Assembly: GCF_020745735.1 (NCBI RefSeq)
Contig: NC_083409.1
Span: 18,434,341 to 18,498,340 of the forward strand
Source: Hemiscyllium ocellatum
Taxonomy: Eukaryota
Length of the DNA stretch: 64,000 nt
Reading direction: 5' to 3'
Shown here: piece by piece, positions 51,011 to 64,000 of the stretch
Position numbering within the stretch: the first letter of the stretch is position 1
Layout: each line of letters opens with the position of its first letter
Notes under the pieces: model-generated
What the model saw: the letters and a program-made list of their open reading frames with translations, nothing else
What the model was told of the DNA's origin: nothing
Databases searched by the model: none
Made by a program: the position numbers and the translations under genes

Positions 51011-53975
51011 CTTTACAAAGTCCAAACAAACCATATCCATGGGCCCCCCTTATCAAATCCACTCACTACATCCTCAAACAATTCCAGTCGATTTTTTAAG
51101 CATGATTTCCCTTTCGAAAATTCATGCTTACTATCTCCAGTTCTGTCACTGTTTTCAAAGTGCTAAGCTATCAAATATTTTGTAATGAACTTGAGCATTT
51201 TCTCCACTGCTGATTTCTAGCTAATTGGTCTAAAATGTTTGATTTCCCCCCTCTCTATCTCTCTCTCTCTCTTTCAATAATCGTGTTAAATTAGCTCCCT
51301 CCACTCTGTTTGACCTATTCCACAGTCGACAAACAGATAACCATCAATGTTTCTAATATTTTACAACCCACTTCCTGAAGCACTCCTGAAAATAGATTAT
51401 TTGGCCCTGCTGATTTAACACACTTTAATTTTCCCAGAACCATTTTCCTCAACAACTGATTTCCTTCAGCTCATTCCTCTGATAAAACCCCAAGTTCACC
51501 AACATGTCTGAGATTTATTTGAGAATTCATTTGTGCAGCAAGATCCAGAATATGTTTATCTGTCATCTCTTTGTTCCAACGATAACATTATAACACTTAT
51601 GTGAAACTTCCTTGAATGTCATCTGGACGTCCATATAAACAACACATTCCCTTATCTCCCACATTAGTGACCTCGTTAAAACATGTAACCAGGTTAGTTA
51701 AAAATGTCTGACCCTTTTTAAATCCATGCTGACTTACTCTGATCTGTTCATATTTGTCAGACATTCTGTCTCTAAACCAGATTCAATTACTTCCCAACAA
51801 TAGACATTCAACGGAGATGTTCATTGTGAGTGAGGTTAGTAAACAGCTAGCACTGACATGACGGGCTGAACAGCCTCCTCCTAGAGTCACAGAGTCAAAG
51901 AGATATTCAGAATGGAAACAGACCCTTCGGTCCAACTTGTCCATGCTGACCAGACATCCCAAACCAATCTAGTCCCACCTGCCAACTCCTGGCCCAGATC
52001 CCTCCAAACCCTTCCAATTCATATACCCATTCAGATGCCTTTTAAATGTTGCAATTGTACCAGCCTCTACCACTTCCTCTGCTCTCACCACCTTGTGCAT
52101 GAAAAAGTTGCTCCTCAAGTCTCTTTTATATCTTTCCCCTCTTACCCTAAACCTATGCCCTCTATTACTGGACTCCACCACCCCAGGGAAAAGACTTGGT
52201 CTCTTTGCCCTATCCATGCCCCTCATGATTTCATAAACCTCTGTAAGGTCACTCCTCAGCCTCCGACACTCCAGGGAAAATATCCCCAGCCTATTTAACC
52301 TCTCCCTATAGCTTAAATCCTCCAACCCTGGTAACATCCTTTTAAATCTTTTCTGAACCCTTTCAAGTTTCACAACATCTTTCTGATAGGAAGGAGACCA
52401 GAATTGAATGCAATACTTCAAAAGTGGCCTAGGTGACCTCCCAATTCCTATACTCAATAATCTGACCATTAAAGGAAAGCATATCGAATGTCTTCTTCAT
52501 TATCCTATCCAACTACTACTCTACTTTCAAGGAGCTATGAACATGCACTCTAAAGTCTCTTTGTTCAGCAACACTCCCAAGGACCTTACTATTAAGAGTA
52601 TAAGTCCTGCTCAGATTTGCTTTCCCAAATGCAGCACCTTACATTTATCTAAATTAAATTCCATCTGCCATTCCTCAGCTCAATTGCCCATTGGATCAAG
52701 ATCCTATTGTAATCTGACGTAACCTTCTTCACTGTCCACTTCACCTCCAATTTTCATGTCATTTGCAAACTTACTAACTCTACCGCCTATGTTCATATCC
52801 AAATCATTTATGTAAATGACAAAAAGTAGTTGACCCAGCATCAATCCTTATGACACTCCACTGGCCACAGGCCTCCAATCTGAAAAACATCCCTCCACTA
52901 CCACCCTCTGTATTCTACCTTTGAGCCAGTTCTGTATCCAAATGGCTAGTTCTCCTGTATTCCATGAGATCTAACCTTGCTAACCTGTCTCCCATGGGGA
53001 ACCTTGTCGAATGCCTTATTGAAGTCCATTCAGATCCTGTCTAATGCTCTGCCCTTATCAATTCTTTCTGTTACTTCTTCAAAAGATTCAATCAAGTTTG
53101 TGAGACATGATTTCCCACACACAAAACCATGCTGCCCAACCCTAATCAGTCTTTGCCTTTCCAAATGTATGGACAATTTGTCCCTCAGGATTCCGGCTCA
53201 TTGGTCTACAATTCCCTGACTTGTCCTTACCACCTTTCTTAAATAGTGGCACCAATTAGTGAACCTCCAGTCTTCTGGCACATCATCTGTGACTATTGAG
53301 GATACAAATATCACAGTAAGAGGCCCAGCAATCACTTCCCTAGCTTCCCACAGAGTCCTAGGGTACACCTAATTAGGTCCTGGGGATTTATCCACTTTTA
53401 TGCATTTCAAGACATCTAGCACTCCTCGTCTGAAATATGAACATTTTTCAAGATGTCACCATCTATTACTTTACGTTCTATATCTTCAATATCCTTCTCC
53501 ACAGTTAAACAGAAGCAAAATACTCGTTTAGTATCTGCCCCATCTCCTGCGGCTCCACACAAAGGTCGCCTTGCTGATCTTTGAGGGGCCCTATTCTCTC
53601 CTTAGTTACTCTCTTGTCCTTAATGTATTCGTAAAACCCCTCTGGATTCTCCTTAACCTTATTTGCCAAAACATTCTCATGTCCCCCTTGTTGCCCTCCT
53701 GATTTCCCTCTTAAGAATACTCCTACTGCCTTTGTATACCTCTCAGGATTCACTCGATCTATCCTGTCTATACCTGACATATGCTCCATTCTTTTTCTTA
53801 ACCAAACCCTCAATGTTTCTTGTCATCCAATATTCCCTACACCTACCAGCCTTTCCTTTCACCCGAACTAAAATATACTTTCTCTGGACTCAAGTTATCT
53901 CATTTCTGAAGGCTTCTCATTTTCCAGCTGTCCCTTTACCTGTGAGCAACTTCCCCCAATCAGCTTTTCAGAGTT

Positions 53976-54259
53976 TTAGATTAGATTACTTAGTGTGGAA
54001 ACAGGCCCTTCAGCCCAACAAGTCCAGACGGACCCTCCGAAGAGCAACCCACCCAGACCCATTCCCTATGTTTATCCTTCACCTAACACTATGGACAATT
54101 TAGCATGGCCAATTCACCTAACCTGCACTTTTTTAGACTGGGGAGGAAACCCACGCTGACATGGGGAGTATGTGCAAACTGCACACAGACAGTTGCCTGA
54201 GGTGGGAATTGAACCCGGGGTCTGGCACTGTGAGGCACAGCATGTTTGCCCACCGTGCC
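53976..54259 (-). mobile_element. tRNA-derived SINE (HE1-like)
   Basis: Reverse complement of the 20137-type SINE, with the (TAATC)n tail at 53976. Confidence 0.85.
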
Positions 54260-55171
54260 TGATACTGGCAAAATTAGCCTTCCTCCAATTTAGAACTTCA
54301 ACTTCTGGATCTGGTCTATCCTTTTCCATCACTATTTTAAAATGAATAGAATTATGCTCGCTGAGCAAAAGTGCTCCTCCACTTGCACCTCAGTCACCTG
54401 CCCTGCATTATTTCCAAGAGAAGGTCGAGTTCTGCACCTTCTCTAGTAGGTACATCCACATACTGAATCAGAAAATTGTCTTGTACACACTTAACAAATT
54501 CCTCTCCATCTAAATCCTTAACACTATGGCAGTCCCAGTCTATGTTTGGAAAGTTAAAATCCCCTACTATAACCACCCCATTATTCTTACTGATAACTGA
54601 AATCTCCTTAAAAATTTATTTCTCAATTTCCCGCTGACTACTGGAGGGGGGCTATAGTATAATCCCAAGAAGGTGATTATCCCCTTCTTTTTTCTCAGTT
54701 CCACCCAAATAATTTCCCTGGATGTATTTCTGGGAATATCCTCCCTAAGTACAGCTGTAATGTTATCCCTTATCAAAAATGCCACTCCCCCTCCTCTTGG
54801 CCTCCCTTTCTGTCCTTCCTATAGCATTTGTATCCTAGAACATGAAACAGCCAGTCCTGTCCATCCCTGAGCCATGTTTCTGTAATTGCCATGCTATCCA
54901 GTCCCACGTTCCTAACCATGCCCTATGTTCATCTTCTTCCCTGTTAGGCCTCTTGCATTTGTTCCCGCCTGCCCTGACTCTTTGACTTGCCTTTGTTCTC
55001 AACTATACCAATCTCAGATTGAAATATTTCCTCACTATCTCCCTGGGTCCCTCCCACCCATCTTACTAGTTTAAATCCTCCCAAGCAGCTCTAGCAAACT
55101 CCCTGCCAGTATATTAATCCCCTTCCAATTTAGGTGCAATCCGTCCTTCTTGTACAGGTCACTTCTACCTC

Positions 55172-55819
55172 AAATTTGCCACCCAGGTAAATAGTGCTGT
55201 GAGGAAGGCATATGGTGTACTGGGCTTTATTGGTAGAGGAATTGAGTTCCGGAGTCCTGAGGTCATGTTGCAGTTGTGTAAGACTCTGGTATGTGCCTCA
55301 TCTGGAGTATTGTGTGCAGTTTTGGTCGCCATACTATAGGAAGGATGTGGAGGCATTGGAACGAGTGCAGAGGAGGTTTACCAGGATGTTGCCTGGCATG
55401 GTAGGAAGATCTATGAGGAAAGGTGAGGCACTTGGGCCTGTTCTCATTGGAGAAAAGAAGGTTTAGGGGAGATTGATAGAGGTGTATAAGATGATTAGGG
55501 GTTTGATAGGGTAGACACTGAGAACTTTTTACCGCTAATGGAGTCAGCTGTTACTAGGGGACACAGCTTTAAATTAAGGGGTGGTAGGTATAGGACAGAT
55601 GTTAGGGGTAGATTCTTTACGCAGCGGGTTGTGAGTTCATGAATGCCCTGCCAGTAGCAGTGGTGAACTCTCCTCTTTATGGTCATTTAAGCGGGCATTG
55701 GATAGGCATATGGAAGTTATTGGGCTAGTGTAGGTTAGGTAGGATTTGGTCGGCGCAACATCGAGGGCGAAGGGCCTGTACTGCGCTGTATTTTTCTATG
55801 TTCTATGTTCATGTTCTAT
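55172..55819 (+). mobile_element. Second copy of the young CR1 subfamily (3' 650 bp)
   Basis: Nearly identical to about 10543-11187, including the (TTCTATG)n tail. Confidence 0.92.
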
Positions 55820-57826
55820 TAAAAACAGCTTCCAAAGATCAAAAATGTGAATCCTTCTCCCATACACCAGCTCCTTAGCCATGCATTCATCTGCTCTATC
55901 CTACTATTCCTGCCCTCACTAGCTCATAGCACTGGGGGTAATTTAGATATTACTACTCTCGAGGATCTCCTTTTTAACTTCCTGCCTAACTCTCTGCAAT
56001 CTACCTTCAGAATCTCAACCTTTTCCCTTCCTATGTCGTTGGTTCCAAAGTGTACAATGACCTCCTGCTGGTCCCTCTCCACCTTAAGAACATTTTGCAC
56101 CCTCCCTGAGACATCCTTGATCCTGGCACCAGGGAAGCAACACAACATTCTGGCTTTTCACTGCTGGCCACAGAAACATCTGTCTGTACCTCGGGCTAGA
56201 GAGTCCCCTAACACAGTCGATCATTTGGAACCCGACATACGTCCCATTACATTAGAGCCAGTGTCAATACCAGGACTTGGCTGCTCATGCTAAGTACCCC
56301 TGAGTTTCCATGACTCCCTACATTTTCCAAAGCAGCATACTTGTTTGAAATGGGAATAGCCACAGAAGACACCTGCACCTCTCTGGCCTTTCCTGAAGTT
56401 ATGGTAAGAGCCCATGGGATCCAAGGCATTTTGGCAAATTGGATCCAAATATGAGGCAAAGAGTAATGGTGGAGGGTTGTCTTTGTGATTGGAAGCCTGT
56501 GACCAGTGGTGTAAGACAGGGATTGGGGCTGGGACCCTTGCTGTTTGTAATGTACATTAACAAATTGACTGTGATTGTATAATTCAAAAGTTTTCAGAGG
56601 CCACATAAATTGGTGGTGTTATTGATATTGATTTGATTTTTATTTTAGTGTATTGTCACGTGTACTCGAGTGCAAAAGTATTGGAGTACAGTGAAAAGTA
56701 TGTAACGTCACCTCACAAGGTGCCATCTTAGGTACAAGGACCTCAGTACAGAATCGTAAGAACAAGGTAGAAAGAAAGAATAAAGTTCAAAGTTACACGT
56801 TGCAGATCTTTTTAGTTTTAAGTAGAAAATGAAGAAATAAAGCTGAAAGTTCAAGCATTAAAGCCTTTCTTTAGAACTTAGCAACCATGGGATCATACTT
56901 TAAGTAATCATCTCGAGACCAGAAGTCCGGGCTGAGGCCTTCCCTGGTGGAGAGACCACCATTACAGAAAGGACCACTATGTGGGCTGAGAGACACCCAC
57001 TCTGGGCCACTCAGAGATCGCCACACTAGGCCGAGTGACCATCACGCTGGGCTGACAGTCTAGCATGCTGGGCTGACAGGCCACCATATTGAACTGAGAG
57101 GCCATCATGTTGGACCAAGAGTCTGTCTCGTTGGGCTGGAAGATCTCCCTGCCAGGCCAGGACACTGCCACACCAAGCCAGGAGGCCACATCATTAGGTC
57201 TGCACTAGGTCAGAGGCCTGGTGACTGAGGCTGGGAGTCGTGCCCAGGAGAAGAAATAAGGGAGAAGGACAAAAGAAAAACACAAAAGAAAAGGAAAAGA
57301 GAAGTGGAATAGAAAGAAGAAAAGGAAACAGACGAAGCAGATGAACTCGGGCTGAAGCATCATCTACTCTGCTGCCATCTTGGATGACTGGGTCTCAGGC
57401 TAGAGTCTGATATTGGTCAGCTGGTAACTTGGGCAGAGCAATGGCAGATGTAATTTAATCCTGATACCTCTGAGGTGATCTAACTTGGGAGGTCTAATAA
57501 GGGTAGGATATTCACAATGAAAGGCATGTGCCTTGAGTGTCCTCATGCATGAATCACAGAGGGTTGGTCTACAGGTACAATAAAATAATTAGGAAGGCAA
57601 ATGGAATTTTGTCCTTCATTGCTAAAGGGATTGAGTTTAAAAAGCGGGAATGTTATGTTGCAGCTGTACAGGGTGTTGGTGAGGCCACACCTGGAGTACT
57701 GCGTGCAGTAATAGACTCCTTACTTGAAAAAGGCAATATTGGCATAGAGAGGTGCAGAGTTCACTAGGCTGATTCCGGGGTGGAAGGGGGTTGGCTTATG
57801 AAGGGAGACTGCATCGACTGGGATAT

Positions 57827-58026
57827 NNNNNNNNNNNNNNNNNNNNNNNNNNNNNNNNNNNNNNNNNNNNNNNNNNNNNNNNNNNNNNNNNNNNNNNNNN
57901 NNNNNNNNNNNNNNNNNNNNNNNNNNNNNNNNNNNNNNNNNNNNNNNNNNNNNNNNNNNNNNNNNNNNNNNNNNNNNNNNNNNNNNNNNNNNNNNNNNNN
58001 NNNNNNNNNNNNNNNNNNNNNNNNNN
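57827..58026. other. Assembly gap (200 N)
   Basis: Run of n characters. Confidence 1.
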
Positions 58027-60529
58027 GTGTCATCTGCAAATTGGAGATATTACTCTTAAGTTCCCTCATCTAAACCATGAACAAATATGAACATTACTGA
58101 CATGAATAGAGAAGTGGTTGGCAGGCTGGAAACAAAGAGTAAAAAAAACAGACCTTTTTCTGAAAAGGTCTGTTTTTTTTTACTCTTTGTTTCCAGCCTG
58201 CCAACCACTTCTCTATCCATGTCAGTACACTGCCCCAGTCCATTGAGTCTTACTTTTACTCGCTAATTTCTACTGTGGGACTGTTTAAAAGCCTTCTGAA
58301 GGTTCCAGATAAACCACATCCGTTGGCTCCCCCTTGTCAAATCTGCTCATTCCATCCTCGAACAATTCCAGTCAATTTGTTAAGCATGATTTCCCTTTCA
58401 CAAACCATGCTGACTCTGTCTAATCCTATCACTGTCTTCCACGTGCCCAGTGATTAAATCTTTCACAACGAACTTGACTATTTTTCCCAATACCAATGCC
58501 AGGCTGACTGGTCCAGGTTGCCCACTTTTCTCTCTCCCTCCCATTTTAAACAGTGATGTTACATTCGCAACTCTCCAGTCACTGGGAAAGTTCCAGAATC
58601 AATAGAATCTTGAACACCAATGTTCCCAAAATTTTTGGGCAATTCCTGAAGTAATCTGAAATGTAGGTTATTGGTCCCTGCGGATTTATCAAACTTTAAT
58701 CCCATAAATTTTCCAAAACCATTTCCCGAATAAAACTAATTTTCTTCAGTTCTGCCCTCAGTCTATACCCTGACGTCCCAACATGTTTCAAATGGATTTG
58801 AGTTTTCCTTTGTGTACAAAGATCCAGAATGCAGCAAAGGCAGAAATTTCCTTGTCAGCTTTTGTCAGCGATACTTGTCAATATACTTTCATCAAATCAA
58901 TTTTCAATAGGAATGACACACTACCCACCATTTCAATGCAATCTTCTGACCTGGGAATAGGTTACAAATCCATCTTTGTGACTACATTCACTTTCCTATA
59001 GTGTACACAGAATCGAATTGAAACATCTGGCTGAGTCACCAAACAAGAGAACTCCAACTACTCTTAACAGTTCAATCAGGGGACCCTCTCTTGTTTGTGA
59101 TCAGTAATTTGCTGATTTTTAGGTGGTTTGAATCACCCCCAGATCCCTGGTTCCACAAATGGGCTGATTTAAAACTGTGAAATTAAGAAGGCAATAGACA
59201 GGTGTTTCAGGGCAAAAGAATCTCTGTGTTTATTCAGAACAGGCCTGTGTCTGGAAGCTCTTGTTCAGATAGCGTTTGGTTGGTGTTCCTGCTCTCGGGT
59301 GTCCTTTGTTACGATAATGCTCTTGGTTTGGTGTCTGGATTCAGCTTCTCTGTTCAGCCTCTGTGGTTCTTGGTTCTAAAGCTGCTTGTTGGTTGTGTGT
59401 GTTAGTAGGCCGAGGTTGTAAAAGTTAGTTTCAGTCAAGAGATTGTGTACTGGTTGGTGTCCCTTTCAGAGTTGAGGTGTGAACTGGAATTCCAGGCAGA
59501 ACAATAGTTCCAGGCAGCCATTTTTTACAAAAAATCCAGGGTTTTAGATGATCGTGACTTTTGCTCAATCCTACACAAGAGAACTCCAATTACGCTGACA
59601 ATTCAATCAATTGATTCTCCAACAAGTATTGAGCTTCATTTGTTACTTTGACTTATTTCTCTGGTTTTAATCAAAATGGATTTTGTTTAATTGGGTCTGA
59701 ATAACCTACATCCACATCATGTTCGATTAATCTGGGACACCTAAGTGTATCTTTTAAAGACCATGTATCAGTGTAGAGTTAGGCCATTCAGCCCATCACG
59801 TCTGCTCTGCCATTCGATCATAATTGATTTGTTTGTCAACCCCATACTCCTGCCTTTTCTCCATTACCCTTGATCCCTTTACCAATCAAGAATCCATCTA
59901 TCTCTGTCTTAAATACACTCAATGACTTGGCCTCCACAGCATTCTGCAGCAATGATTAATCCACAGATTAACCACTCTCTGGATGAAAAATCTCCTCCTC
60001 ATCTCAGTTCCAAAGGATGGTCCCTTCACTCTGAGGCTGTGCCCTCAGTCTCTCTGCCAAGTGGAAATATCTTCTCCATGTCTACCCAATCCAGGCCTCT
60101 CAGTATACAGTATGTTTCACTGAGATTCCCCCTCATCCTTCCAAACTCCATCAAGTACAGATCGAATACAGGCCCCAACCACTCCTCACACAAACTTCTT
60201 TGTATTCTCTGAGCAATCTCACTCTGTCCCTCTGTTGATCTTCCTCCAGATGCAAAAATACAGTGTCTGAATTCTCTAATATCTCTGAATTTGTTCACCT
60301 CATAGGAGGAAGTTCACTTTGGAAATTGTCCAATTGCCTTTGGATCTCATGCTTTTTCTCATCCCCTCCTCCATTATACTCACTACTTGACACACCTGTA
60401 CACTACTGAATGGTTCCTCAAAAACTGGGAGAGGAATTAAGGATGCTGGTTCAATCACATGTTGAGGTTTACCTATAACTTGACAAGTGTTTTTAAAAAA
60501 TTATTCATTTTGTGTAATGTGAGCATCAC

Positions 60530-61830
60530 TGGTTGGCCAGGATTTGTTGCTTATCCCCAGTTGCCCAAGGCCAGCTTTTATTGCTCATCCCTAATTCAAC
60601 TCTTTTGTCCATGTTTGAACCAATCTGTAATGAAGCCAGGAGCTGAGTGACCCTGGTGGAACCCAAACTGGGCATCACTGAGCAGGTTATTGCTGAGCAG
60701 GTGCTGATTGATAGCACTGTTGATGACACATTCCCTCACTTCACTAATGATCGAGAGGAGACTGATGGGGCGGTAACTGGCTGGCTTGGATTTGTCCTGC
60801 TTTTTATGTACAGGACATAGTTGGGCAATTATCCACATTGTTGGGCAGATGCTAGTGTTATAGCTTTCCTGGAACAGCTTGGCTAGGGAAGTGACAAATT
60901 CTGGAGCACAAGTCTTCAGTATTATTACCAGAATGTTGTTAGGGCCCATAGCCTTTGCAGTACCCAGTGCCTCCACCCATTTCTTGATAACACGTGGAGT
61001 GAATCGAATTGACTGAAGACGGTTATCTTTAATGCTGAGGACCACTGGCGGAGGCCAAGATGGATCATCCACTCAGAACTTCTGGCTGAGGATTTCTGCA
61101 AAAGCTTCAGCCTTATCTTTTGCCCTGATGTATTGGACTCTTCCATCATTGAGGGTGGGGATATTTGTGTTGAGCCCGCCCATCCAGTGAGATGTTTAAT
61201 CGTCTACCAGTACTCATGACTGGATGTGACAGGGCTGCAGAGCTTAGACCTGATCCATTGGTTGTGGGGTGTCTAATACTGTTTATCAATTGCTGCTTGT
61301 GCTGCTTGCCATGCAAGTAGTCCTGTTTGGTGGTTTCACCAGGTAAATAACTCATCTTGGTAAAAACAATGGCTGCAGATGCTGGAAACCACAGTCTAGA
61401 TTAGAGTGGTGCTGGAAAAGCACAGCAGTTCAGGCAGCATCTGAGGAGCAGTAAAATCGACCTTTTAGGCAAAAACCCTTCATCAGGAATACAGGAATAC
61501 CTCATCTTGATGAATGACTGGTGCTGCTCCTGGTACGCCCTCCTGAATTCTCCATTGAACCAGTGTTGATCCCCTGGTTTGATGATAATTGTCGAGTCGG
61601 GGTTGGAGCACAATTCTGCTGCTGTTGATGGCCTATAGTACTTCATGGATGCCCAGTCATGAGTTGTGATATTGGTTGTAAGTTTGTCCCAGTTAGTCTC
61701 GTGATAGTGCCTCACAACACGATGGAGGCTATTCTCAATGAAGGCTGGTGTTGGTCTTCACAAGGACTTGCGGTGGTCACCCTTACTGATACTTTCGTGG
61801 ACAGATGCATCTGCAGCTGGCAGATTGGTA
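60530..61830 (-). mobile_element. LINE of a second CR1/L2-group family, EN-RT fragment
   Basis: TAKAMGPNNI...LAKLFQESYNTSICPTMW...PVHKKQDKSKPASYRPISLLS...AQFGF. Related endonuclease fragments lie at about 43560-44140. Confidence 0.8.
61360..61500 (-). mobile_element. 141-bp Penelope terminal-repeat insertion with 9-bp TSD and hammerhead motif
   Basis: Flanked by ctcatcttg at 61351-61359 and 61501-61509. Minus strand ATTC-CTGATGA-A-GGGT-TTTT-GCCT-AAA-AGGT-C-GATT at 61455-61490. Confidence 0.82.
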
Positions 61831-62269
61831 AAGATGAGTTCAAGTATGATACATTTATAAAACTTTGCCACATCTTTATATAATTTTGGCTCAATAAAAC
61901 ACCTGATTCTGGATGCCTGTGGACAATTGGACAATTTCCAAATCCCCATGGTCCTGTCATGGAAATCTGATGTGCTCCTCACAATATCTCCCTGTGATAG
62001 CTGGATGGTACCACGAGCCAATGTCTAACCAACCATTCTTCATCTGGGGGTCCATGGAGGGGCGGTGGGGTGGGGGGGTGGGGGGTGGTCTCCACTTCCT
62101 CATCAGTGCTCCATTCTGAAGATAATAGCATTCTGAAACCCCTCCAGCCTCGACCTCAGTATGAGCTGGCAGTGCTTATTTATTTCATTCGGGATCTGCT
62201 TTTTGGATCTGCTGTAATTAGTGACATCATACCAAACACTCCATCTGAATTGTCTTCACCCTTTTGGAA

Positions 62270-63700
62270 AGTTTCAATGATCCTTTCACTTGCTGTGGTG
62301 TCACATCAACCCTTATTGATGGATTTTGTTTAACCATTGCCCTGGTTACCCCACACGAAGGAGAGAGACCAGGAACCTGTTCCTGTCATTGTTCTGTTTC
62401 TTGGCCCTCCTTTGGACATTCTGTAATTATCGGGGAAGCTACTGCCTTCAGTCCTGACAAACCATTCCCCAGAAGGAAATCGACTCCCTCAACAGGGAAT
62501 GTTTTCCCCACTCCGACAATTACTTCTCCTGATAACAAATCACATTCCAGTTGTACTTTATGAGTGGAAGTGGAATATATTCTCCACCAATCCCATTGAT
62601 GAACACCTTAGAATCCATCGAGCTCTCTGGAGGGAAAATCAATTCTTTCTCCAGTAAAAGTGATTGTATTGCCCCTGTATCTCTCAGTTTGATTCTGGGT
62701 TTAGCTGAAGAAAAAGGAGTCACCATTCCTTTTGATAAAAATCCTGTCCACCTCTTATCTACCTTCCAACTTCCTTTACTGATGACAGAATTCACCTCCA
62801 GCCTTTTTGTTATAGTTACAGCTACAACCTGCTCCATGGGATTATCTGTTTGCATTCCCTCCTCTGACTCATTTTAATTAACTCCCATAAATCTCCTGGG
62901 TCTACCTCACAGCTTCCAACATTCCATACGCACATGGCCCACCTTATTCCAAGAGAATCATTTCAACTTCTGATCATCGCTTCCACCCTCAGCAATTTCC
63001 TTCTTAATCTGAAGAGTAGTTCTTGGGCAGGTCCCTCCTGTCCATTCTCTCCCCTGTCTACCTGCCTTCCACACACACTCCCAATTTTTATTTTTCTTCC
63101 ATTTCTGGGCCTGATGGGTAAAAGGTTTCTGGATTAATCACCCATCAGGTGACTTCTCCACCTCCTGATGCTGCTGGGTTGTTGTGCTCTTCCAGCCTCC
63201 TGTTTGTTGACTTTGGATTCCAGCATCTGCAAGGTTTTGGCTTTAATGAAGACTATAATCATTAACCATTCTAGCTGCTTGTCATGCTGTTCTTCCCCTT
63301 CAGGCTTTTACATGAATTCTGATTCTAGAAGGGAAGGAAGTTTTAAATTCTTCTAAGAGAATAATTTCTCCGACAGCATTGTAAGTATTCTCAGCTGTTA
63401 ATGCTCTATCCACCTGTCAACATTATTTTGCTGAATTCTCTCAAACTCAGTAGAAGTTTGTGGAGGCTGTTTCTGTAAGTTCTGAAACATCTGTCTGTAT
63501 GTTTCTGGGATCAACGCATCTGTGCTTTTCACCTTTTGACTTCCTCGTGATCCTGAGAATGTTCCTCTGGCAGGGATCTAGAAACTTCTTGTGCTTCCCA
63601 AGTTAATTTTGCATGGGCAAACTCCATTGTTTTTCCTCGCCTCACTTGTTTAAATATCTTCTCAAAAGACATGAAAAATGTCTCCACCTCCTTCTCTTCA
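62270..63700 (-). mobile_element. Gypsy (Gmr1-like) LTR retrotransposon gag-pro remnant
   Basis: Zinc-knuckle relic NKVGHVRMECWKL (about 62915-62955), protease-like KLRDTGAIQSLLL, and PVEGVDFLLGN. Frameshifted. Confidence 0.75.
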
Positions 63701-64000
63701 TAGTCATAGAGTCATAAAGCAAACAAACAGGCCCTTCTGCCCACCATGTTGATGCTGATCAGGAAACACCAAACTGCACTAATCCCATTTACCTGCACTT
63801 GGTCCATAGTCTTCCATGCCCTGGCATTTTATGTGCTCATCTGGATGTGTCTTAAATGTTGTGAGAGGAGCTGCCTCCATCACCTTCTCAAGCAGCACAT
63901 TCCATATTTCTACCACCCTCTGGGGTAAAAAAACTCCTCAATTCCCTTCTCCACCACCTTTTCATCCCATTAAGCTTATTCCCTCCGGTCATAGACATGT

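Larger units (their letters stand above)
51885..56420 (-). mobile_element. Near full-length decayed CR1 with nested SINE and young CR1
   Basis: CCFPGARIKDVSGRVQNVLK...VIVHFGTNDIG (ORF1), VIVGDFNFPNIDW (EN), RT and 3' end. It is interrupted at 53976-54259 and 55172-55819. Confidence 0.86.

Noticed and set aside
58140-58200. Intrinsic terminator-like hairpin
   Set aside because: The context is vertebrate. The hairpin is part of the CR1 foldback reported separately.
59040-59620. 40-bp direct repeat about 530 bp apart (caagagaactccaa...ttcaatca) as LTR or DIRS termini
   Set aside because: Too short and diverged to define element boundaries without a repeat library.

Overview
Repeat-dense vertebrate DNA from a cartilaginous fish (inference: a shark). 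The sequence resembles the nurse-shark type III/NS4 kappa light chain as I recall it, and the repeats are HE1-type SINEs, CR1 LINEs and Penelope-like elements. The core of the window is one complete, unrearranged, apparently functional immunoglobulin kappa light-chain cluster on the minus strand. In transcription order it has a promoter (octamer variant, TATA), leader exon 39155-39203, V exon 38669-38967 with a perfect 12-RSS, one J at 38159-38193 with a perfect 23-RSS only 475 bp away, a 9.9-kb intron, C exon 27956-28284 and a poly(A) signal. A second C exon (4742-5048) is an orphan pseudogene: about 98% identical, with a 22-nt frameshifting deletion that removes the second domain cysteine, and no V or J that I can find. 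The paralogy pattern suggests a former tail-to-tail sister cluster whose C-containing 4.4-kb block was inverted, with a sharply bounded gene-conversion-like tract over the C exon. Other items worth checking are a PU.1-IRF (EICE) plus E-box enhancer candidate about 5 kb upstream of V, and an antisense exon-like island just inside the J-C intron. There are also several minimal hammerhead-ribozyme motifs in Penelope terminal repeats (one with an intact core, one in a 141-bp insertion with a 9-bp TSD), a young CR1 with a paralogous empty site, and two foldback hairpins. I cannot demonstrate a wholly new biological system. Identities are by-eye estimates unless stated as counted, and no database searches were run.
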